Of a DNA stretch of 64,000 bases, positions 1 through 12,694 are shown in pieces (position 1 is the stretch's first letter; the number at the start of each line of letters is the position of its first letter). Below the pieces are notes generated by a model. That model was not told the DNA's origin and searched no databases. It worked only from the letters and a program-made list of their open reading frames with translations. The position numbers were made by a program, and so were the translations under genes. This stretch comes from Thermoanaerobaculia bacterium (GTDB lineage: Bacteria; Acidobacteriota; Thermoanaerobaculia; UBA5066): contig CAWFJJ010000001.1 in the NCBI GenBank assembly GCA_963816185.1, forward strand, positions 544,001 to 608,000, given 5' to 3'.

Positions 1-825
1 GCCTCGGAGTTTCCCGCGAACCTCGCCCCGTGGGTCGCGCTGGAAAAGAGGGGCGTCTCGGTACGCCGCGTCCCGACGCAGGATGGCGCCTTTTCGGCCG
101 ACGACGTGGCGGCTGCCTGCGACGAAACAACCCGGCTCGTGTCCGTCTCGCTCGTCGCATTTCACACGGGCTTCCGGGCGCCCGTCGAAAAGCTCGGGAC
201 GTTCTGCAGATCCCGAGGCATCGTCTTCGGTCTCGACGCGATTCAGGCCGTGGGTGGACAGCGAGTGGACGTCGTGGACTGGCACGTGGACTTCCTCTCC
301 GCGGACGGACACAAATGGATGCTCGGACCCGAAGGCTGCGGCATCCTCTTCACGACACCGGAGCTCAACGCCCGCCTCGCGCCTCCGCCCGGCTGGACGA
401 ATCTCAAGCGCGCGCACGGCGCGGACTTCCGCGTGCCCGGGAAGCCCGAATACCTTACGGGCGGTTCCCGGTTCGAGCCGGGAGCGCTTCCGACGCCGGG
501 CCTTTACGCGCTCGCGGCGTCGCTCGGGCTCCTTCTCGAGATCGGCCTTCCCGAGGTGGAGCGCCGGATCGCGAAGACGCTCGACGTTCTCATCGAAGGC
601 CTCCCGCGCCTCGGCTTCACGCCGGTCCTCTTCGGCGGGCCGCCGCGCTCGGGCATCCTCGCGGCGCGCCCTCCGGCGGGGAAGGACGCGTACTACTACC
701 AGAAGCGCGCGGCCGACCAGAACGTCGTGATCGCGGCGCGCGAGGGCTTCGTACGCTTCTCACCCCACGTCGGGAACGACGAGGAGGAGGCCGAGCGCGT
801 CCTGGCGATGCTGAAGAGGCTTTAG
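1..825 (+). CDS. Aminotransferase class V / cysteine desulfurase-like PLP enzyme (5' partial)
   Basis: Frame is open from base 1 (ASEFPANLAPW...). Class-V motifs: DAIQAVG, SADGHKWMLGPEG (PLP Lys), RFEPG, VRFSPH. Confidence 0.85.
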   Translation, partial: ASEFPANLAPWVALEKRGVSVRRVPTQDGAFSADDVAAACDETTRLVSVSLVAFHTGFRAPVEKLGTFCRSRGIVFGLDAIQAVGGQRVDVVDWHVDFLSADGHKWMLGPEGCGILFTTPELNARLAPPPGWTNLKRAHGADFRVPGKPEYLTGGSRFEPGALPTPGLYALAASLGLLLEIGLPEVERRIAKTLDVLIEGLPRLGFTPVLFGGPPRSGILAARPPAGKDAYYYQKRAADQNVVIAAREGFVRFSPHVGNDEEEAERVLAMLKRL

Positions 826-826
826 C

Positions 827-2302
827 GTGAGGCGGCCTTCCCCGGCGGGACTCGCCGCAGCGGCGCTCGGCGTGCTTTTCCTCTCCTACACCGTGATCCG
901 TGCGGTTCGGCTGCCGCTCACCTGCGACGAAGCTTTCACGGGGAACCACTGGGTGGACCCGGGTCCGCTCGCGGCCCTGACGTTTGATGGTCCCGGGCCG
1001 GCGAACAACCACGTACTCAACACGCTCCTCTCGGGGGTGTGCCAGGCGGTCTTCGGGCGGGTCCCGCTCGCGCTGCGTCTTCCGAACCTGATCGCGCACG
1101 CGGTCTTCCTCGTCGCGTCCTGGCGTCTCCTGTCGCGCATCGCGGGAAAAGGCGTGGCCCTCGCCGGGTTTGTGCTCCTGAACGGCAACCCACTTCTTCT
1201 CGAGCTCTTCGGCCTCGCGCGCGGGTACGGGCTCGCGCTCGGGTTCGTGGCGCCCGCTTTCTTGTATGCCGTGCGCGCGTTCGAGGCCGAGGAGATCCCC
1301 TTGCGGGAAGAGGCCGCGTGCTACGCGCTGCTCGTCTGCGGCGTCCTCGCGCAACTCATCGTCCTCGACGTGTTCGTGGCCGTCGCCGTGATCTTCACCG
1401 CGTTCCGGCTCGTCCGACTCGCCCGGTCTCGGGCGGAGGGGCGGCTGGGTCGGGCCGCGCGGGAGAGCATCCCCGTCGTTGCAGCCTCGCTCTTTCTCCT
1501 CGCGACGGCTCTCCCGATCATCGTGCTCCTCCGGCGCTCCGGCGCGCTTGACTTCGGAGGAACCGTCGGGCTCTGGTACGACACGGTCGGTTCCGTCGTC
1601 CGGATCTCGATGCTCGGCCTCTCACCCTCGCTCGTTCGCACGACGCTCGCGGGGGTCGGGATCGGTCTCGTCGCGCTCGCGGCCCTCGCGGCGTACAGGC
1701 TCTTTCGGCCGGCGGTGGGCGGGCGTGTTTTCCTGGCGCTCGTTTCGATCCTGGTCATCCTGTGCGCGGCCGTCCAGGCCCAGCACGTCGTCTTCGGCGC
1801 GAGATTCCCCGAGAACCGGATCGCAATCGTCTTCCTGCCGCTTCTCATTTTCGCTCTTGCCGCCGCTTGCGGTACGGCACCGTCTCCGCTCGATCGCATT
1901 GCCGGATCGGCGTTCGGGGCCGCGGGCCTCCTGGCTCTCGCCTTGTTCGCGCGGCGCGCGAATCTGTGGCGCTCGGATCTCTGGTGGTTCGACATGGACA
2001 ACGTGCGCATGCTCGAGGATCTCGACCGGCTGCGGGTGAGCCGTCCCGGCGCGTTCCATACCGTGCGCCTTTCGGTCACCGATCCCCTGGAGCCGTCGCT
2101 CAACTGGTACCGGCGGACGGAAGAGTTCTCGTTCCTCGCGCCGATATCGCATGACGGTCCGTTCCGGGCCGCGGACTACACGTTCGTTTTCGGTCAGGAG
2201 GAGGCCGAGGCTGTCCGCCGTGGCTATCGCGTCCTGGCGCGGTACCCGCGAACGGGCAACGTCCTCCTCGAGCCTCCAGGCGTCCCGCCGTCAGCGCCCT
2301 GA
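827..2302 (+). CDS. Membrane glycosyltransferase, GT-C fold (ArnT/PMT-like)
   Basis: Many hydrophobic helices, a DE pair after the first helix (CDEAFT), and NNHVLNTLL, LRLPNL and ARGYGL segments typical of GT-C proteins. Confidence 0.7.
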   Translation: MRRPSPAGLAAAALGVLFLSYTVIRAVRLPLTCDEAFTGNHWVDPGPLAALTFDGPGPANNHVLNTLLSGVCQAVFGRVPLALRLPNLIAHAVFLVASWRLLSRIAGKGVALAGFVLLNGNPLLLELFGLARGYGLALGFVAPAFLYAVRAFEAEEIPLREEAACYALLVCGVLAQLIVLDVFVAVAVIFTAFRLVRLARSRAEGRLGRAARESIPVVAASLFLLATALPIIVLLRRSGALDFGGTVGLWYDTVGSVVRISMLGLSPSLVRTTLAGVGIGLVALAALAAYRLFRPAVGGRVFLALVSILVILCAAVQAQHVVFGARFPENRIAIVFLPLLIFALAAACGTAPSPLDRIAGSAFGAAGLLALALFARRANLWRSDLWWFDMDNVRMLEDLDRLRVSRPGAFHTVRLSVTDPLEPSLNWYRRTEEFSFLAPISHDGPFRAADYTFVFGQEEAEAVRRGYRVLARYPRTGNVLLEPPGVPPSAP

Positions 2303-3280
2303 AACGGGCAGGGCGGGGAGGTCCGGCGGCGTCGGCCCGGGGCGGAACCCGGCCGCCCCGATCCAGTCCACGTCGAGGATGAAGATCCGGGGATCCCGCG
2401 GCACCCAGCGCCCGTTCGTGAAACGGTGCACCTCGTAATGCAGGCGGGGCGCCATGGCGAAACCTGTCGATCCCACGCGGCCGATCGGCGCTCCACGCGA
2501 CACGCGCTGGCCCTTTTTCACGAGGGAAACGGCGAGGTGGCCGTAGACCGTGCGGGTGCGAGCGTCGTGGGCGAGCACCACGATCGTCCCGAGACGCCGC
2601 CACGTCGCGTCTGCGTGCCGCGAGACGGGGCCCGCGTACGCGACGAGACCCGCCGCGGGTGCCGTGACGGTCGTCCCCGCGGGAGATGCGAGCGTCAGGC
2701 CCGCGCAGAACTCGTCTCCTCGCGTGACCTCGGACGCGTGCCAGCCGAAGAGCTCGATCGGCACCGATGAGGAAGGCTCCACGGGAGCCCGGGCAGGTAC
2801 ATTAAGCAGGTCGAAGCCGCCTGGAAGAGGCCCCGGCAGCGCCGCGAGACGGCGCCGGAACAGCTCGAAGATGCGGGCGCGCCGGGCGAGGTCCGCGGCC
2901 TCCGACTCCATCGCCGCCGGAGTTCGGGGAGCGGCCTGTCGCGGTTCCGCGGGAAATCCATCCGGCAACGAGACTTCGAGGATCGCCCCGACGCGCGCGA
3001 GAAACAGCTCGTCCGCCGCGAGGCGGCTGCTGAGGGCGAGAGCGCGCCGCCCGACGGAGGCGAACGACTCGGCGCCCCGTTGCGCCGTCTCACGAATCGC
3101 GCGCCGGTCTGCGGCGTTCACTGCGTCCGACGCGACATGAGGCGCGCCCGCGAGACCCACGACGACCGAGACTCCGCTTCCCAGGAGGAATCCCGCGAGC
3201 ACAGCGCCGCCGAACGGTCCGATCTCGAGGGAACGGCTCTTCTTTCCCGGATCGCCGGGATGGATGCGCAGCAGACTCAT
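2291..3280 (-). CDS. M23/LytM-family protein, probably catalytically degenerate
   Basis: ATG at 3280 overlaps the upstream stop (ATGA). N-terminal TM helix. M23 segments: APAAGLV, TVYGHL, VKKGQRVSRGAPIGRVGSTG, LHYEV. Confidence 0.8.
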   Translation of the reverse strand: MSLLRIHPGDPGKKSRSLEIGPFGGAVLAGFLLGSGVSVVVGLAGAPHVASDAVNAADRRAIRETAQRGAESFASVGRRALALSSRLAADELFLARVGAILEVSLPDGFPAEPRQAAPRTPAAMESEAADLARRARIFELFRRRLAALPGPLPGGFDLLNVPARAPVEPSSSVPIELFGWHASEVTRGDEFCAGLTLASPAGTTVTAPAAGLVAYAGPVSRHADATWRRLGTIVVLAHDARTRTVYGHLAVSLVKKGQRVSRGAPIGRVGSTGFAMAPRLHYEVHRFTNGRWVPRDPRIFILDVDWIGAAGFRPGPTPPDLPALPVSGR

Positions 3281-5283
3281 GGTGCGGCCGGGAGCACGGT
3301 TGGGCCGGAGCCGATCTGGATGCCGAGGAGACGGGAATCGTTCCGCGACGGGGGTCGGAATGGACTCACGACGCGGATCCGAAGGACGCCGCGCGCTCCG
3401 GGCGAAACGGTGACCTCGAGTCTCTTCCATTCGCCCGCCGGAAGCGCCACGCTCCCGCGCGACGTATCGTCGAAAAAGACGTCGAGAGCCACGGGACGCC
3501 CGTCGGGCCGCGCGTTTCTGACCGGCAGCGCGAGGACGACGCGATCCCCCGGCGAGAGGGACGGCGCTTCGACGAGCCATGCCGCCGACTCGCCGGTCCA
3601 TCGGAAGGGCCGGCCGCCCGGATCTCGCTCGACGTCGTAGACGCCGGCGCTCGCGGAATTCCGGAAGGCGGCCTCCGCGGTTCGGGTCTCCCAGGCTCGA
3701 GCGACGGCCCCCCCGATCGAGCAGACGAGAGAGCCCGCCAGAACGACCGGCACGACGGCGACGAGGAATCGTGCCGTGTGGCCGTCCTCCCGGAGCGGCA
3801 GCCGGGCCGTGAGGAGCCCCACGAACGCCGCGATCTCGGCATAAACGAGATGCGAGCCGAACAGGAACACGACGCCGAGCCCGATCATCGATGCTGCGGC
3901 CGCAGCGCGTAAGACGGCCTCGTCGTCGTGGGAGTCGCCCTCGAGCGTGAGGGCCCGGCTCGTCGAGCGAATCACGCCGAGCATGAGGAGGGCGAGCAAC
4001 GACGCGCCGGCGAGGCCGGATTCCGCGAGCGTTCCAAGATAGAGAGAGGGCGGGTGGTCGCTCGTGCGCACGACGCGACCGAGGGCCTTCGAGGCGACAT
4101 CGGGAAACACGATTCGGAACGCGCCCAGGCCGATACCCGCGACCGGATGCTCCCGAAACGCCTCCCAGGCCCCCTCGTACAAGAGGAGGCGACCGCGGGT
4201 TTCCTCGAACGGAGTCGGCTGCGTTCGAAACGGCGCCTCGAGCCGGGCGAGGAGCGCGGAGCGGACGGCCCCGCGATTCGGCCACGAGAGCGCGGCAGCG
4301 AGGACGAGCGCCGAAAGGATGGCGAGAGCTCCGATCGTCCCGGCGACGCGCCGCCGGGCTCCTCCTCTTTCGCCCGCGGCGAGCCGTGTGAGCCCCCAGA
4401 GGACGAAGACGACGATCGCCGTGACGGTGCCGACGAGCCCCGCGCGGGAGCCCGCGTCGGCGAGGATCACGAAAAGCGCGGCCGCGGCCGCCGACGCGAA
4501 AAGTTTGCGCACGACGCCGCCCGTGGCCACGAGAGCGAGCAGCGGGACGACGAGGAGCGCGACGGCGACGCCCGCCGACGACGGATCGGTGAAGGTGCTC
4601 TGCGCCCGGTGCCATTCGGCCCACCGCTTGGAGCGCAGGAGCGGAAGCGCGCCGGTCTTCTGGAGCAAAGCCACTCCCCCGGCGAGGAGCGCGCTGACGA
4701 GCAAGGCGCGGTCCAGCACGGCGGAGCGTGCCTCGGCGACGAACCGTGCCGCAATCCGGTGCATGCCCGCCGCGACGAGAAGCGGGAGCAGGGCGCCGAG
4801 GATGCTCGGGAGAACCACGCTCGCGTCCTCGCCGAGAACGTTGACCGCGAAGGGCGGCCCGACACCGCGGGTGAGGAAGTAGCTCGTGCGGAGCGCTATG
4901 AAAGCGGCCGCTCCGGACACCGCCGAAACCGCCGCGAACGCCCGAAGAGGAAGGAGGAGCGGCGGTCGTCGGATCGGCGGGCGCGTGTCGTACAGGTCTT
5001 TCAGGCTCGCTCCGGCGAAGTAGCCGAAGAGGACGAGCGGCGTCGCGGCCAGAGGCTCGCTCGCACCGAATGCGAGAGCGGAGACGCCGCCGAGCGTCGC
5101 GGCCGCAAAGGCGAGCACGAACGCGGACTTCGGCGCCGCGAGCGCAACGCTGAAGAGAAGGAGCGCTGTCACGGCCACGACCGTGCGATAGCCCGGGAAG
5201 GGCGGCAGCAGGAGCGGGAAGGTGAACGCGAGAAGAGCCGCCCAGCCGAGACAGCTCAGGAGGGCGACCGCCGCGCGGTTCAT
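3277..5283 (-). CDS. O-antigen ligase (Wzy_C) family membrane protein
   Basis: Polytopic protein with STFTDPS, GSRAG, HPVAGIGLGAF and HPPSLYLGTLAESGLAG. Has a C-terminal soluble domain. Confidence 0.8.
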   Translation of the reverse strand: MNRAAVALLSCLGWAALLAFTFPLLLPPFPGYRTVVAVTALLLFSVALAAPKSAFVLAFAAATLGGVSALAFGASEPLAATPLVLFGYFAGASLKDLYDTRPPIRRPPLLLPLRAFAAVSAVSGAAAFIALRTSYFLTRGVGPPFAVNVLGEDASVVLPSILGALLPLLVAAGMHRIAARFVAEARSAVLDRALLVSALLAGGVALLQKTGALPLLRSKRWAEWHRAQSTFTDPSSAGVAVALLVVPLLALVATGGVVRKLFASAAAAALFVILADAGSRAGLVGTVTAIVVFVLWGLTRLAAGERGGARRRVAGTIGALAILSALVLAAALSWPNRGAVRSALLARLEAPFRTQPTPFEETRGRLLLYEGAWEAFREHPVAGIGLGAFRIVFPDVASKALGRVVRTSDHPPSLYLGTLAESGLAGASLLALLMLGVIRSTSRALTLEGDSHDDEAVLRAAAAASMIGLGVVFLFGSHLVYAEIAAFVGLLTARLPLREDGHTARFLVAVVPVVLAGSLVCSIGGAVARAWETRTAEAAFRNSASAGVYDVERDPGGRPFRWTGESAAWLVEAPSLSPGDRVVLALPVRNARPDGRPVALDVFFDDTSRGSVALPAGEWKRLEVTVSPGARGVLRIRVVSPFRPPSRNDSRLLGIQIGSGPTVLPAAP

Positions 5284-7228
5284 CGCGGATCTCCCGTCGC
5301 GAGGCCCACGAGGAGACGGCGGACGTCGGAGCTGCCCGTCAGGTCGTGCGGGACGAACGTCGGGCGCCCGCTCAGGCGAAGCACCCGCGCACCCCGGGGG
5401 ACCGGCACGTCGAGAAGCCTGATGGATGCCCCGGGAAGCTCGACGGGCGCCTCGCTCCGCCCGTCGACATCAATCGCCAAGGTCACCGGAGCTCCGTCCG
5501 GGCGCGCGTTCTGGACGCGGAACGACACGGACGTCTCGCCCGGCAGGAGCTCCCGATAAACCCGCGGTCCGGTCCAGCGAAACGGGCTCGTCGAACGGCC
5601 GGACGAGTAGAGGCCGATCCAGCGCGCGAGCCGGAACGGCGCCGAGGGACGGGCGGTGGGAAGGACGGCGACGATTGCGCCCAGAATTCCCGCTGCCGCA
5701 AGAATGCCCGGGACGTGCGCCCCGCGACCTTCGGTCTCCTCGGTCGGCGGCTCGTACGCCCCCGGCTCGAAGAGGAATGCGGCGACGAGGCTCGTGAGAA
5801 TGCCGATCTCCGTGAAGCGCAGGTGCGAGCCGGTCTGGCACGCCAGGAGCAGGGCGAGAAGGGCGGCGCCGGCCCCGCGCGCCACGGGATCGAGCCGCGT
5901 CTTCGCGAAGGCGGCGTTCCAGGCGCGTGAGAGGAGCGGAACGACCGCGCAGACGGCGAGGACGAGCCCCGGCAGCCCGCATTCGGCGGCCACCTCGAGA
6001 AACGCGTTCGTCGCGCTGTCCGTCACGTGGATCTCGCCGTGGCGGCGCGCATACGCACCCGGGAACTCGTACGGGAACCCGGCGAGGCCGATTCCCGAGA
6101 GCGGCTCGTCCCACGTCATCTCGAGCGCGGTCCGCCAGAAGAGAGTGCGATGGTTCGCGAGGTCGGCGAAGCTCGACGCGGACAGGCCCGCGCCGAGGCG
6201 TTGCAGAAGGCCGCCCGCCGCGATGCCTTCGCCTTGCGGCAGGACGCGGAAGAGCGCCGCGCCGGCGAGGAGGAGGACTGCGAACGCCGCCGCGAGCGCC
6301 TTCGGGGAGACGAGACGCGCGCGCAAGAGCCCGACGGCCCCGGCGAGGATTCCCGCTCCTCCGAGGAGGAGGCCCGTGCGCGAGCCGGACGCTTCGAGCG
6401 CGAGGGGCGCGGCGGCGAGCGCGACCAGAGCGAGGACGCGCCGAACGGCGTCCGATGGGGAGCCGCGCCGAGCGACGGCCGCGAAAAGAAGAGGCGCGAG
6501 CAGTCCGATGCCGACGCCGAGGGCGTTCGGGTCCGTGAACGTCCCGGCGCGACGGTGCATGCCGGACCACGGATGGAAGGAGGGATCGAGAGGCGTGAAG
6601 CGGCTCACGGCGGCGAAGACGAAGGCAGCCGCCGCGCCCGCGGCGGTCGCGAGAAGGAGGCGGTTTCGGTCCTCGTGGGTCCGGGAAAAGCGCGTGAACA
6701 CTTCGAGCGCGAGAAGCAGGAGCCCGAGGCCGAGAAGCGTCAGGATCGCGTCGCGACTCCTCTCGCTCGCCGTCATGCCGAGCGCGTTCACGGGCAAGGG
6801 ATCGACCCGCCCGCGGAAAAGGAGATAGAGCGTCTCGCCGCGAGCGACGGAAGCAGCCGCGGAGAAGGCGGCGAGCACGAGAAAGGCGGCGGCGAACCTC
6901 AGGAGGCGGGGTGGGAGGAGCGAGCTCTCGCCGCGCGCGAAGGAGCCCGCGAGCGCGCTGCCGAGCACGGCGAACGCGAGCATGGTCAGGACGGGCGCCC
7001 CGGAGCGGTCGCCAAGAAGTCGCGCGAGTCCGGGTGCGAGGGGCGCCAGGAACGCCAGCGCCGAGGTCGCGATTCGGGGGCGGACGAGACCGAGCGCAAT
7101 TCCTGCTGCCGAAAGGCCGAGCGTGACGAAGCGCGTGAGAAACGGCGTCGAGGCCGGGAACGAGCTGAACGCGAGGGCCAAGAGGACGATCGTCGCGCCG
7201 AAGGCGAGAGCCCCGCGGCGCGCAGGAG

Positions 7229-7232
<4 letters not shown>
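5280..7232 (-). CDS. O-antigen ligase (Wzy_C) family membrane protein, paralog of the neighbour; likely CTG start
   Basis: Motifs [27 protein letters not shown] and [17 protein letters not shown] at 7232 overlaps the carB stop and follows GGAGGAGG. Confidence 0.78.
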
Positions 7233-10444
<3,212 letters not shown>

Positions 10445-10550
10445 CGGTCGGGGAGTTTACGGGAAGCGTACGCGAATTCGTCTGGCGCCGGAGCGGCGCA
10501 AGGAATAGAGTCTCGCGCGTATTGAAGGGCAAGAGAAGGAGATCCCGCGA

Positions 10551-11330
10551 ATGAGAAGAACACTTCGGAACGGCCTCGCCGTCTGTGTCGCAATCGTGGC
10601 TTTTCTCGCGTCTCCCGCGGCTCTCGCCGCCAAGAAGAAGACGCCGACTCCATCTTCCTCGGACTCTTCGACCGCATCGAAAGCGGATAAAACCGAAAAG
10701 GTCAACCTGAACACGGCAGACGAAAAGACGATCGCCGGAGCGAAGGGTGTCGGCGAGAAGCTCGCCCAGGAGCTCGTCAAGAACCGTCCGTACAAGACGT
10801 GGGAAGAGGTCTCGAAGGTCAAGGGCGTCGGCTCGGGCAAGAAGCTGGAATCGCTCAAGAAAGTCCTGAAGCTCTCCGAGGGCGTGGGAACGCCCGCGGC
10901 GAAGGAGGAGACGGCCGGGGAGACGAAGACGAAGGGGAAGAAATCGAAGATTTCTTCGAAGGGTGAGGAGACTCCTCCCGCTGCGAGCGGCCGCGGGGCC
11001 ACGGGTGGCGGCGCCAGCGCGGGTGGCGCGGCTGCAGGCGGCTCCACGGGCAACGGCAAGGCGACAGAGTCCGCCTCGCCCTCTTCACCTTCTAAGAAAT
11101 CTTCTTCGTCTTCCTCTTCGAAGCTCGCCCCCGGCACGAAAATCAACATCAATACCGCCACGAAGGAAGAGCTCGACGCGCTGCCGGAGATCGGTCCGGT
11201 GAAGGCGCAGGCCATCGTGGATTACCGCAGCGCGCACGGGGCTTTCGCCGCGCCCGAGGACATCATGAAAGTCTCGGGCATCAAGGAAGGCACGTACGCG
11301 AAGATCAAGGCCTACATCGTCGTAAAATAG
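10551..11330 (+). CDS. ComEA-like secreted helix-hairpin-helix DNA-binding protein (two HhH modules)
   Basis: Signal peptide. VNLNTA...KGVGEK and ININTATKEELDALPEIGPVKAQAIVDYR...VSGI, joined by a G/S/A/K-rich linker. Confidence 0.88.
   Translation: MRRTLRNGLAVCVAIVAFLASPAALAAKKKTPTPSSSDSSTASKADKTEKVNLNTADEKTIAGAKGVGEKLAQELVKNRPYKTWEEVSKVKGVGSGKKLESLKKVLKLSEGVGTPAAKEETAGETKTKGKKSKISSKGEETPPAASGRGATGGGASAGGAAAGGSTGNGKATESASPSSPSKKSSSSSSSKLAPGTKININTATKEELDALPEIGPVKAQAIVDYRSAHGAFAAPEDIMKVSGIKEGTYAKIKAYIVVK
11081..11120 (+). repeat. TCTAAGAAAT/pyrimidine-tract dispersed motif (inside the ComEA-like gene)
   Basis: CTCTTCACCTTCTAAGAAATCTTCTTCGTCTTCCTCTTC. Confidence 0.6.
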
Positions 11331-11339
11331 GACACCGTC

Positions 11340-11759
11340 ATGGGTCTCCTCGATGAGGTGATGAGTCAGTTCGGTGCCGCGAGCGGGCGCCCGATCGATC
11401 CGGGTCACCAGAGCCTCGCCCGGGAGCTTCTCGGCATGCTCGCCCCGACGGGCATGTCCGGAGGCCTGGCGAATCTCGTGAACATCTGCCACCAGAAAGG
11501 GCTCGGCGACGTCGTGAACTCCTGGATCTCGACGGGTCAGAACCTGCCGATCACGGCCGAGCAGGTCCAGAGCGTCCTCGGAAGCTCCGAGGTCCAGGCG
11601 CTCGCGACGCGCGCGGGAATCGACCCTCAGGCGGCGATGGCGGCGTGCGCGAAGATCCTCCCTCTCCTCGTCGACAAGGCCACGCCGGACGGCCGGATCC
11701 CGTCCACGGGAGACCTTCTCCGCACGATCTCGGGGTCCTTCAAGAGGAGCTCATCGTGA
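11340..11759 (+). CDS. YidB (DUF937) family protein
   Basis: MGLLD...GGLANLV..GLGDVVNSWISTGQNLPI...LPLLVDKATPDG. Confidence 0.88.
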   Translation: MGLLDEVMSQFGAASGRPIDPGHQSLARELLGMLAPTGMSGGLANLVNICHQKGLGDVVNSWISTGQNLPITAEQVQSVLGSSEVQALATRAGIDPQAAMAACAKILPLLVDKATPDGRIPSTGDLLRTISGSFKRSSS

Positions 11760-11998
11760 ACCGCCCGACAGTCGCGGCCCGCGTCCTCGCTTTCGGGCGT
11801 CCCTCGGACACCCACTCCGGCTCCGTCGGGACGGTCCATCGCGACGGCGCCATCACGTTTCGCGGAAAGACCTATCCTACGATCCGGGATGTGCCTCCGG
11901 AATGCGTCGCGTTTCGGGCCGATCTCGAGAGCACCGTGAAGTGGCGTGCCCTTTACCGCGCCGTCGATCCGGCCCTCAGGGTGACGCGCCCGCGCTAG
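11756..11998 (+). CDS. Hypothetical protein (80 aa)
   Basis: GTG overlaps the YidB stop (GTGA) and is preceded by AAGAGGAG. No family recognised. Confidence 0.55.
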   Translation: MNRPTVAARVLAFGRPSDTHSGSVGTVHRDGAITFRGKTYPTIRDVPPECVAFRADLESTVKWRALYRAVDPALRVTRPR

Positions 11999-12032
11999 CC
12001 CGGAGCGTGACCACGCGGAAGACGTTTCCTCC

Positions 12033-12650
12033 TCAGAACGTCCGCGTGTAGACGTACGTGAAGCCCGTGACCCGGCACCTCTTGACCGGGGGCTGGAACC
12101 TGACGCCCTGGACCTCTTGCTTGGCCGTTTCCGCACGCTCGGGGGAGCCCGTCTCGTTCGCGACGACGCGCACGGCCTTCACGGCGCCGGTCTTGTCGAT
12201 GTCGGCCTCGACGACGACCTTCCCCTTCGGCCCCTGCGCGCCCGATCCGTCCGACATGCGAACCATCGGAGGAGTGAGGAGGACCTCGCGGCGATCCGGG
12301 AGGCACCCGTCGTCCTTCCGGACGAGATCGTGGCGCACCCACCCGACCTGCGCATTGGCCATCTTCACGCGCAGCCAGCCGTCCTTTTCTTCCAAGAAGG
12401 TAATTCGGTCTCCCTTCTTCAGTCGGCCAAGAGTCGCTGAGGAAGCGGACGGCGCCCCTCTCAGATTCGCTCTCTTTGCGCTGACGAGATAGACCGCCCC
12501 GGACGGTGTCTCGGCCGTTGTCTCCGCTGTTTCCGAGGGCACCTGTTCCGCGGCGGGAGACGGGGGTGGTGTGGAGGCACACCCCCAAAGGCCCGCCACG
12601 AGCGCCACGGCGAGCGTACGAGCGAGGGTCCCGGGCCATGCGTGGCGCAT
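12033..12650 (-). CDS. Lipoprotein with an SH3b domain and a TonB C-terminal domain
   Basis: Lipobox LWGC. SH3b: ANLRGAPS...LKKGD...DGWLRV...GWV. TonB_C: GKVVVEADIDKTGAV...VRFQP. Confidence 0.8.
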   Translation of the reverse strand: MRHAWPGTLARTLAVALVAGLWGCASTPPPSPAAEQVPSETAETTAETPSGAVYLVSAKRANLRGAPSASSATLGRLKKGDRITFLEEKDGWLRVKMANAQVGWVRHDLVRKDDGCLPDRREVLLTPPMVRMSDGSGAQGPKGKVVVEADIDKTGAVKAVRVVANETGSPERAETAKQEVQGVRFQPPVKRCRVTGFTYVYTRTF

Positions 12651-12694
12651 CCCAGAGATCCTATCGTGACGCCCCGGCTGTACGATCCCCGGGC

